Source: Acanthaster planci
Lineage: Eukaryota
NCBI RefSeq assembly: GCF_001949145.1
Contig: NW_019091359.1
Span: 2,120,540-2,184,539, forward strand
DNA: 64,000 bases
Direction: 5' to 3'
The position numbers and the translations under genes were made by a program. The notes under the pieces were generated by a model. It was not told the origin of the DNA, did not search any database, and saw only the letters and a list, made by a program, of their open reading frames with translations. Positions within the stretch are counted from its first letter, which is position 1. Each line of letters begins with the position of its first letter. Shown here piece after piece: positions 27,778-39,197 of this stretch.

Positions 27778-30038
27778 TATTATATAGTTTCTTTTGTCAT
27801 TTGTATAAGGTGTCACTTCCTCATACCCAACACGATGCTCAGGATTTTTTTTAGAAAACATGTTTGTTTTATTGCTCTGTGGTCAAAAGTCCCAAAGAGT
27901 GCAGCTGTGTATTTATTCACACGCGGACACTGGGACACAAGAACGGACACTGTATGATGGCGCTGTTCTAAACCAATTATTTTTTTGTAGTGATACGACC
28001 GTGATGCATGCATTTCCTTGTCGCCAGTGAACCAACAAGATTCAGTTCCAGCCAGAGGAGCATCCTTTGCTAAGAAAATACCGCCCTCTCTTTGTCCAGC
28101 TCGAGGCCTACAGTGAAAGGGTCAGCTGGTTCAAGTCCTCCCAAAGTGGATTGTACTGTGAGGACATCACAATCGATGAACAGTATAGCCGTCAAAAATT
28201 TCAAACTCAGCCTTCCAAAAAAAATCGATCGAAAATTTCAGCATTGTATTTCTGTTTGCCACCTTCTTTTGATTCAGATTTGCTACCGTACCATTTCTGT
28301 TTTTTTTTTAAGCTTTATAGACTGGACCCAGCGGTGTAGGGTCTTTTATAAATAAATGTTGTGCTTTGAATGGCGCAGTGAAAAAGATGCTAGACCTCCG
28401 TTGTTACCCCTTGTATTTTACGCTTTGTTGTGACCGTTTGTGAATTCCAGTGCGATTCATTAGTTCGTTCCTTGCCAAAAAAAGATTTTGCCATTTTGAA
28501 TATTTTCGATTTGGAACGAGAAATTAGACATCGACAGCGATGAAGTAGACTTTAGCTAAAACCCCTCATTAATTTCTTAGCGTGCTCCACCTCAGATTAG
28601 TGTCGCCCCACTCCTCGTTCTGAGGGAGTTCACCTCGGTGATAAAATAGAAACATGGGATACGTATGCGTGAGGGGGACCTCCACGCATGTGTTGTGTAA
28701 AAGTGGGCATTTTGTGCCTGCCTATTGACATTCAATTTCACCAGGCATCATGGTGTAATTTCTTTCAATCCTCGTTGAAAAATAACTGACCAGCATTTCC
28801 GCCAAAATATGCCAGGACACGTGCTTCAGGCTGAGATTAGGTTTTCTCAAGTTGTTCGTGTCATCCTTGTGGTTTTGTACTTTTCCGTAACTGTTTAAAA
28901 AATACAACACTGAAGAAATATGCTAGTGTTTCTAGCGCTCAAATGTTTCTTAATTAATTACTGTGTACACTAATGCATCCTTAAGGCACCATAAGACTCA
29001 TACTGCAAGCAGCCCTGAATTTGTATGTTATGCACTTTTCTGCAGTATAGACATTTTAAAATCTTTTGATCGTGATCATGGTAGCATTTACTGGGAGAAA
29101 AATCGTTGAAATCTTGTTACATTCTGTTAGCTGAACAGTTTTTCACAGTGAAGGAAACGATATGTGACTGCGTTGAAATAAAACAGAAGGTCACAATTAA
29201 TCCACCTTTACATCGACGTACAACGGGGTGGCTAGCTCGAATCAAGTACATCAGCGGCAGAGCTGTTCGCCTGCTGCCTTCTTGCAGCGCCCTCTGGCTG
29301 CTTCTGGGAGCTGCTGGTGCATAATTCGAACTTTAGCCTCCCGTTCCTGACAAACTCGGTGGTTGAATGGTTAAGACGTCGGTATTAAAAGAACTCGTGG
29401 GCTTCGAATCCCGTCCGAGTTAGCTTGTAATTTTGAAAATGCGATGTGAATATGTGCATCAGTGCACATACAAAACCTATATAAATGATACCATTTCCCC
29501 GATGCAAAGTCAAATCAATATTATTAAGGCCGGCGTTACTAACATAAGACGAGGCATATTTATTATCATTTCGGTTTAAACATGTTGCCCTGTTTATTGA
29601 GCGATATATATTATGGCCATCGATAACTTTCAAATTACTAGTTACTTCTAATAAGTCTAAGCTGATTATGCTTAATGCTGGAAGCTGCGATGACTTCTAC
29701 AGGGTGCTCTTCATCCGGTGTAACCATTTACTAGGGATGGCTTATTTCACGTCTAGAATCATATTCAACATCCCCTGAAACAGGAAGTTAAATCATCAGT
29801 AAGATTTGGACAGGCAGATGGTTCAGAGGACGTAAAAAAGTCAAGCTGCTTTGAAAGGATGTAAAATCTGGCCCTCAACAAGTCGGGGTTTCACAGCCTC
29901 AACAGGGAACTGTTTTCTATCATAGGACCCACAGTTGATCCGAAACAGCGGCGCTACTTGCAAACATCTATTTTTTTTGTTACACGTAATGTATGGCAGA
30001 TGCATAATGTATTGCGATTCCATGAATAGAGAGAATTT

Positions 30039-33000
30039 CTACCCACCCTGTCGGCAGACCACGCCCGCATCGTGGGTGTGGTTACATCTGATATCCTCCC
30101 AGCAGAAGGAGGGACAGTCGGTAATCTTGCTCTCTGACCCATCACACGCCAGACCGTTCATGAACACGGGACCCTCTCCCTGACCAAAGTGGGCACCAGA
30201 CTTGGCCTCCTCTGCGCCAGAGAAACCCAGTTGGCGACAGACAACGTTCGCATCCGTCACGTCCCAGTCCGTGTCGCACAGAGTGCCCCATTTGTAAGCC
30301 TGGTAGATTTCGACCCGGCCACTGGTGTGGTTCGAACCACCGACCAGCCGAATAACATCTGTAAATTAGGGGGAGGGTAAAAAAGTACATCAGTATGAGC
30401 TCAATCACAGACATCAAAGACAACAGAATACATTGCAAACGAAACTGTCTTATCTAAAGATACGTTAAAGAAACGTTTTCGGAAAGAAACCTATAAAATG
30501 AGTTACAGGGAAGGGAAATCGCTTCAAGGATGAAGGAACAAAATAAAGAAGCTGTCCATGGGGAGACAAGCATTCTTACTTGGTTTGCATGTTACCCCGG
30601 CTGCGCGTGAACTGTTACACTGCTGGGTTCCTGTGCAGAGGAACGGGCAGTCAGCCAGGCGTTTTTCGGTTCCTTTGCAGGAAACGCGGTTCATCACGAT
30701 GGGGACTTCCTCGCTTTCCTCGAAGGATACCGCAGTGGCTTCCTCTGTCTCCAAGAAGCCCAGCATGTGACAGACGATGCTTGCCTCTTTCATGTCCCAA
30801 CCGTTGTCGCATATTGCACCCCAGGTATCGTCGTGGTAGATTTCTACTCGACCGGAGAGTAACCTATCACCGTCCACTAAGCGAACCATGCCATCAAGAC
30901 CTCAGAAGAAAGCAAGAAGAGGAATAACAAAAGCGTAAACAACAACAATCAACAGCAACAACAAGAACATCAACAAACAACAAACAATGACAAACAGCAG
31001 CATCAACATTTGCGTCCACAAAGCGTGTTTCTCTGTCATACTGAAAAATTTAAACCCAGCGATTTGGAAGTTGAAAATGTTTTACATTGGTGAGGTGAAG
31101 TTTGATTTATGTGTATAGCGTTCTTTGAGATTGGGAAAAACAGTACTCAAATAGTCCCTCATGCAGTGTATGCTGTAGCCACAAGTGGCGGTCCTTTCCT
31201 TCGGTATTTTAACTAAGAAAGTTCGGACGAAAATTACTGTAGAATAAAAACTATTTTGCTTCAGTACGATATCTCAACAATATCAACGATGAATCAACTG
31301 AGGAGATGCAGTATCTGTAGCAGTGGTATGATATCAGACTGTCTTATTGGTATTCAGTATTGTGAGAATTATGTCATTGTTTTTACACTGCACAAATGTT
31401 TATTGCAAGACTACATTATATGCTTGCTTTTTAGGTTAGCTGAAAACGCGGCATAATTACCTTTTCTATTTTTGTGACGTCATTTTTTTTCGAAGCTTTT
31501 ACCACAAGACAAATGACTGCTGAATCAATGCATGAAATTCACACAGGACCTTACAACTGTGATTGTCATTTTCTTTTTAAGAATCGTAAATTTGTTACCA
31601 TCCAGCAGTGTTGTAGTCGAGTCACCAAGATCGAGTCCGAGTCCAGAATCTCAAGCATCGAGTTCGAGTCATTATCCAATGTGACTCGAGTCGAGCCTTG
31701 GAAAATGTGACTCGAGTCAGACTCGAGTCCGAGTCATTATCCAATGTGACCTGAGTCGAGTCCGAGCCTTGGAAAATGTGACTCGAGTCAGACTCGAGTC
31801 TAAGTCCTGGACACGAGTCATACAACACTGCCATCCAGGACAATACGTGTCTTTGCGACGACGAGAAAAAAATCTGTAATACCTCGACACCCCAGCAACT
31901 CCAAATTCAAAAAGATATTCCCACTCCAAGAAGTTGGTAATAAGCGGAGAATTCTTGCTACCACTATCACAGGGAATGTGACGGTCACTTGTTGTCTTGA
32001 TCCATTATTTCCTGCAAACTGAAACAAATAACGAATACATATAAGACTAATGCCTCAAAGGCGTTTTCCGAATTCAAAATTCTAAAACGACATCGGCATC
32101 GGCGAGAATTCGGTAACAAGTTTCAAACTTGTAATTTCTTTTACACTCCGGTCAAATATATTTCTTGTTGTGTCGTTAAATGTTATTTTATACTGTTTTA
32201 ATCTAAACCAACTTACCGACACAGGGATAAAGGAACTTTCCTTCCGTCCGCTGACCAACCATGCATGGCACTGACCAACAAATTTCATACGTATATTCAT
32301 GACACATACTTATTACTTGTCCAAGAGCTTTGGGTAGGACTCAAACTTACGACCTCCTGCTTGCTAATAATCATTCGACCACCGAGGTTACCGGGTCGGC
32401 TGGTCGGTCTGAGACAGATACAGCTAGCGGGTACCGCAAACCATCAAGATGTACTTGCGTCGGGTAGAAAATAAACATTTCCCGACAAAAGTACACCTCG
32501 ACACTTCATACGACCGCATTGTTGGCCAAGACCAACTAATCAATCATTTCAACTGCGCCCCACTCACCTGAATGGCATTGCCTTCTACATCAGCCAGTTT
32601 CGCCCAGTCATCCGATCTTCCACTTTCGCTGTACAGAACAGTGAAGGTTCTGATATAGTTCCCCCCACTACTGACTCCGTTCATGACCACGCCAGTGACC
32701 GCAGTATGAATGCTCAGGTCCACCTGGATCCACTGATTTTCATTGGGTTTCGGGACCCAATAAGATCCTATGAGAACGTGTTATTCAACATCAGGAGTTT
32801 CGTACAGACCTTTTGGATTACATTGCACGCTAAATAACGCCTGGTAAATATCAACCTCTTCAGGTGTTCCTAGCCGTTTTTGTGTTTTTGAATTAATTTA
32901 TGCTCCGTTTCCTCAAACTATGTGTTTTATTTTCAAAAACTGCAGAAATGGTTAACTATAGAAGCTTGCTCTACAGGTGCTTATCTTTTGTAGGTATCGT

Positions 33001-33277
33001 TTTACTATTTTGGCGTTTCTCCATTGAGAATTTGAGTCCGCAAGATCCAAATTTCACACTTTGACGAAGAAACCGTTAAAATTAGAGTTATGATAATTCA
33101 TTTAATATACATCGCCACCGTCATTCAGTGAGCAAGTAATCTTGATTTTTTGGGAGTGGTAAAATGCCACGATTATCAATAAATTCAGGGCATCTTACTG
33201 CAGCCTTTTTGTTGGCCTTGTGTGATTTTCCCCCGCGCTACTAGTTCTTGTTTGGAGTGCACTATTGAATGACAAGG

Positions 33278-33335
<58 letters not shown>

Positions 33336-34739
33336 AGAGCGAGAGAGCAAGCTACGTTTCGTTATGATTCAAGAGCAATCACAAAATTTGACTTACCAGA
33401 ATTAGGACGAACCTTAGTTGGGACATACGAAGAGGCGTAGACAGATGAGGCAGTAATAGCACTGTCTGGTATGGCACCACTCTCCATGCCTAATGGTTCA
33501 GATGTGCACGGTGACTCTGGATAAGAGTTTCGAATGATTATTGAATTATTTGCATTCCATGTATGCGTTTACCGACAGACTTCTATTGAAAGTTAAATTA
33601 AAACGTTTAGGTAGGCTATTTACAATGTGTAAAGTGACATAACCTTGACAACTTATTAATCATTAAAAAAAATACAGCAAGGCTGTTCTGAAGATTTTTC
33701 CGAAATATTTCTGATAAAAATGAAACTAAGTATTCCCCATCTAAAGACAACAATCTTTATAGATAGGGTCTTGGAAAGGGTATAGATAGAGCATATTGAC
33801 AGACCTCTCGGGATGCACACAAGTTTACGACTGAAGGCTTTTTGAATAACATCGTGATACCATCAATTTACCTGAAAGAAGAGGCCTCTGGACAACTTGC
33901 TCTTCTTCAAGCGAATGAGCTGAAAGTGCTTCTTGGTTTAAGAAACAAAAATTTAAAAAATGATTTTATTGCGGGATTTAGCGGGATCAAGAAGGGGGCC
34001 ATTTTCCTACCAACGGAGGCTTCTTTGGTAGGAACCGCATTTCGCTGGTTCGCAAATGAATATAAACTGCGTGAGTTATGGTCGCGTAACTACCAACAAA
34101 AATGAACACTCCCGACCAACGTGGCTGTCAACCGATGAAAGGGAGCGTCTGCAAAAGGCTGACTGAAAAATGTTCGAATTTCGAACTGATAATGGAAAAG
34201 CAAAGAAAACTATATAGGGCAGGTAGCATATTCGTTTACCAACAACTGACTCCGCAATATTCCAGTTTTGGTTGTCGCTTTACTCTGTTCCATGCTGCCT
34301 ACTGAAGTGGTTGCGATAAATTCCATTACTTTTTTTTTACCGTGCAGGATTCCAGATTCATTTTGTTCTGTTCGTATGCACGCGTGGTTATCATCAGCAC
34401 AATTATTTTTGCGGAAAACAGAAATAATGTAACAAATCTCTTCATGTTTTTGGGTTTCAAATCGATAACAGTGCTGTAAAAAAAAGAAGAACAATTATGT
34501 TTTGAGATGATGTCATTTAGAATGATACTACGTTGACTTAGAAAGAAAATAAGGGTGTTTTCGATGTTGGAACGAAGGAGGTATTCCATCTATGCAGTTT
34601 AGACGACAGGTATGTGTCAATTTTTAAGAGACTAGGACGACAGTAAAATAATTTATTATGCAATCAATGTAGATGTCTAGGTCTACTTACCAACAAGTGC
34701 TATGATCACTAATATTTTCTGAAACGCTGAAGATGCCAT
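30039..34739 (-). CDS. Secreted F5/8 type C (discoidin) + 2x SRCR protein, paralog B (3' end uncertain)
   Basis: Exons: 34739-34691 (MASSAFQKILVIIALVG); 33516-33397, 32767-32568 and 32018-31883 (F5/8C); 30900-30580 (SRCR1); 30358-30047 (SRCR2). SRCR2 is followed by donor GTGGGT, or reads on to an in-frame TAG at 30041-30039. Exon phases match paralog A. Confidence 0.85.
30937..31007. repeat. Degenerate (CAA)n simple repeat
   Basis: AACAACAACAATCAACAGCAACAACAAGAACATCAACAAACAAC... Confidence 0.7.
31606..31830. mobile_element. hAT-family MITE with 8-bp TSD
   Basis: TIRs CAGTGTTGTA...TACAACACTG; perfect TSD CCATCCAG at 31598-31605 and 31831-31838; interior made of GACTCGAGTC/CGAGTC subrepeats. 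Confidence 0.9.
33280..33347. repeat. (GA)n microsatellite
   Basis: Long pure GA run decaying into GAGC units. Confidence 0.95.
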
Positions 34740-36877
34740 CGTTGCAGTGTTCTCAGCTGTCAGACGGTCTAGGTACCTGATTGGAGAAATTACCAACTCC
34801 CATCTGCCAGATTGCGTCAGTTGATCCAGTTTTCATAACAAGGATTGATTTCATTGGTTTGAAATGGCCAAAGTTGGTCAGATCACGCTCACTATTTCCT
34901 GTACAGATATTATAACCATGACGATATCCACGGGTTTTGCAAATCTGTTCCCAGGGAAGCAAGGACTGAATGAATACCATTATTATTTTAAAAAAGTTTT
35001 TACATCTTTTTTGTTGAAAAGTAAAGTGAAAATTTGAGACGTATGTTGGCATCAATTATTCAGGGTGTCTCCAGGCATCTGGATTGCAGGAAGGCCTTAT
35101 CATTTTTACCCAGCAAGTTCCTGTATGCTGAGCAAAAATCAAATTTACGATCAGCTTATTTCAAGGCCTCGGAAATCTCGGGAAAACATGACTTTCAGAT
35201 AAGATCCTGAACTTCTGCTAAATTGATTGAGCAGATGTGCAGAATTGTACTTTAAAGTGTCGCTGAAACTGAATTTTCAAGAAGCATGCATTTCGTATTT
35301 TATAGTTAGCATTAATTTTTTTTCTCACAAGGAAGTTTACTTTTTAAGCTTTTGGGGTCGTTACGCTTATTTACTTTATTTTCAATTGCTATAAATTGAA
35401 TGAGATCCTCTTTCGCTTTGGTTGTTTAAAGTGTTAGATTAGCGTGCACGTAGTTTTGGAAACTTTCCAGAGAATATAGGAGAACATTTTAAACTTCTCA
35501 ACAAAATTTGGAATGTGAGGGAACTTTGGACTCAACATTGCTTATTTCACAAAAATGCAAGAAATGTCGTTTGCTTCTAACAGGAAGGTTTGGAGGAAGC
35601 AAAACTATCAATTTTAGGTTTTTTTTAGTCTTATCGATAACATTTATCACTGTTCTTGTAGCCTTAAAGACTTTCATATCAAAGGTTTGTTTGAAAACTT
35701 ACATCTGTGCATGCAAGATATATATTTTGTAGATGATACTCAAATATTGAAAGTTCAGGTCAAACGCTTCTCACCTTTTCGAGAAAGCTGCAGTGTATTC
35801 TGATAATGACACACATTGGGTTTTGAAAGATTGAAAAGTGTAAATACCTCAAACTGAACTTTATGAACCAAATTTTAGGTTTAAAATTAAATCCCGGTTT
35901 ACCTTGACCAAATTCACACCTGCTAACAGCAAGGTCGGGATTTGCAACTTGTACGATTACATGCGTGTGTAGGTATTAGTTCACAAACGAAATAGACGCT
36001 CTTGCGGATTTCATTTTAAGCGTAAACAGCGGGTTTTATGCGTTTAAAACCAAGTTTGCGGCCAGTTTCGCCATTTTAAAAATATATCCTTATTTTTAGA
36101 ATACTGGTAGTAGGAAGATGTTGCATTTTTCCAGTTAATTTCTTACTTTATAAAGCGAAGTCGCACGAGTATAAGCGATTTCACAGATTCAGTGACACCA
36201 CTATCTTGAGAATGCTTTGTAGACGCGTCGCAGTGGCACTAATTATTGCCAAGGTTCGCAAGTATCGATTGATGTCAGTACCACTGAACACCTACATTCC
36301 GTTCATTTAACATAGAAACTTGAAGCCAGTTTGTTTCATGCGGATCAGTGATTTGTCATGAGTTTACTGACTGCACCAAAACCCGCCCAACTAGATGGAG
36401 CGAACCAGCGATGGGATCACTGATGGAGATGCAGTAATCCGTCATTGGTTCACTGACATCTAACGTGCCTGAACCAGCGATGGGATTACTGATGGAGATC
36501 CAGATCAGTGTGCAACAAACTGGCCCTCGGGTTTACAATAAGGAAGTCTTGTGCAGTTTTAAAATCCCTATTATAGACTGCACAGTGGGATGCCTTGGGT
36601 GTTTTCATCTGTGGCTTTTTGACCCTTGACCCTAAAAGAGCTGGGGGCAATTCCACCGCCCCCTCGACATTTTTTCTCATGTCACTGCAGTGCATTTTTG
36701 GTGAAGTTAAGCCTTCGGGAGTTATTTGAGTCTAACTCTTTGCGGTCATTTAGACATCACGAAGATGATGACAGTAAAGTTAGTTTAATATTGGACGTTG
36801 GACATTCCCATTGGTTTGTACAGCAAATGTTCATGTTTTAGAGATTAGAAATTTACATACGTGAATGTTGTACCGTG

Positions 36878-37053
36878 AATACGGGCATTTAACAATAGTG
36901 CGCCTCCAAAGAGTTTGAAACACGTTAGCCAATCACAATGCGCGGAATCTGTCGACCCAATGCGCGTTTGGAAATGGTCGACAAATTTCACGCGTAGGGA
37001 TTGGCCAACGTGTTCAAACTCGCGGAGGCACACAATTGTGAATCGCACGTATT
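36878..37053. mobile_element. Palindromic MITE family X, copy 1 (inside a larger inverted-repeat element, ~36735-37225)
   Basis: AATACGGGCATTTAACAATAGTGCGCCTCC...GGAGGCACACAATTGTGAATCGCACGTATT; homologous copies near 43.7-44.0 kb and 50.4-50.6 kb. Confidence 0.8.
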
Positions 37054-39197
37054 GCCAACCAGACATTAGCTGTACAAACCTATGGGAATGTCCAATGTCC
37101 AATATCATCAAACTAACTTTACTGCCATCCAAAAATGTATACCTTTTGCACTGTAGTGCTCAGTGCACGTAACGCGGGCCGGCACGCATATGTAGCCTTG
37201 AACGTCAAATGACCGTAAACTGTACAGTCCTATCTGATTGGGTTCGAACTTCAAATTTATAAGGGATGTCTTTCCATGCATGCCAATTTTCAAAATGTCG
37301 GCGGAATCTGCCTCCCTCGGCTGTAAGATAGGCCAAAATAACCTGGCTCTTTGCAATTAAGCTGTTATTCATTTATTTAAGCATATTTTGAGACAATTCA
37401 AGGCAAGCGAGAAAAAGGCAGATATTACTCAAAAACTACTTCCTTCATAACAAATGGTTGTCCACTACAAATAATATACGTTAATACGTTAACTACCGTT
37501 TGTTTTTCACGATAAATTTTGCTTTGCACATACACACGTTTTAATATTCAAATTCACTAATAATATTGACTCAATCCAACACAACACCCGTGATAGGGTT
37601 GATAAGACTCAATTGTTGGTAGCTACAATTTTCACCCTCACTAGGGTTCAATTTTAACCTCGGAGAAACTTAACCCTTTTCATTACAGTAATTGCTTAGT
37701 TCGATCAAACACGTAAAACGCCATAAATTATATCGTTGGAACTCAGATTCAAGTTCACTTTTACTGCAAAGTACCACACTAATTCTTGATTCAATACTAG
37801 GCTTAATTGGCTGAAGTGAACAAAGAGCGGCAATCGTGTCACTATAGATTACAATCTTTTCTAGGACCCTGGGCGTTGGACATCTTTGGTCGACATCCTC
37901 CGCAGCTATACCCCACTCAACATCCTCAATGCCACACGTGCCACAATGAAGACGAAAGAACCACATAAAGTTAAATGCACTTTAATAAGAGTTTGATGAC
38001 ACACGATTGTTCGGCGTTTCTCTAGGCCCGTAAAAATCACAGGAAAACTCAACAATGACGACAGCTAGCTTTTAATGATGTTTTTACGGTACAAGAAGGA
38101 AGTCCACTGCAACAAACACAATGACATTTGGATATCTCCATTTCAATAACTCGAGTGGAACTCTGGGTAGGCGATATTCAGAAAAATACGTCAGTGAAGT
38201 GTATATGAAAGTAGTGCTACCTTTATCTGCATGCAATGAAGTACGTCTGATTCTTGAAAGAAAATGCCACTCGACTTACTGGACATAAAATTATAACTAC
38301 TTTCTTGTATATTATGCAATCTGTACTTGTTTACATGCATTAAACAGGAAATGCAGTCAATTTCAGTGGTGTTTTTAATTATTGTTTGTACTTCAGTCTT
38401 AATTATTTGAATATAAAAACTTCAATACTCAATATGACAGCCCTATTATTAAATCTTGCATAGAAGCAACTTAAAAGCTCATTAAACATTACTTTGAGAA
38501 AATTCTCTTTACAAATATCAAAAATTACACAGATCATTCATCATCATGCATCATTCGACACCAAATCAACTACCTATGTATTGTTGCAATTGTCTAGTGG
38601 AAACATGACCAGATAACTTTTTGAAAGGTTTAACCACTTAACAAAGCAGGTCGATTTTATTTTTCAATAATGAACCCTTGGCTAAAACTAGTCGTTTTCC
38701 TTCTCAGCTGGCCCCATTTGAATCGGGCACGATTTTCAATACGGCCACTGCTTGCCACAATGCGTCTGGTGTGAAACAATAAGTATGTTTAAGCCATGGC
38801 CGTGAACGTGTCTGTCAAGACCTAGTAGTTCGCTGTTAAGCTGGTGCACTGCCATGTAGAAGGAAGTCACGGTAGGATCAATGCAATGGAACATGACAGC
38901 TGTGCACATTGCCTGAATTAGAGAGTACAGTGCTCTCGTCTTCACGCTTGAACAGTGTTTTACTGGCACACCGGTATGAATCAATCATATACCATGAAAA
39001 GCTTCAAATGTCGAAATGGCTCCCAGTGTGCCACAAAAACTCATTCGAAAGCTATGCTCCTCTATGTCCCATGCTGAAAATAAAAGAGCTGATGAAAATA
39101 TGGACTTCCAGTTACACCATTGCTAGGTCACCCCATTAGTTATGATTATTGTGCTCCATTCAAAAAAATGTTTTCACCGCTTGCAGAAGATCAAAAG

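Noticed and set aside
29355..29420. tRNA-like sequence, or a terminal exon of SRCR paralog B (AHEFF* resembles PHEFS in paralog A)
   Set aside because: The match is only a few residues, overlaps a degenerate A/B-box SINE-like head, and lacks a convincing acceptor.
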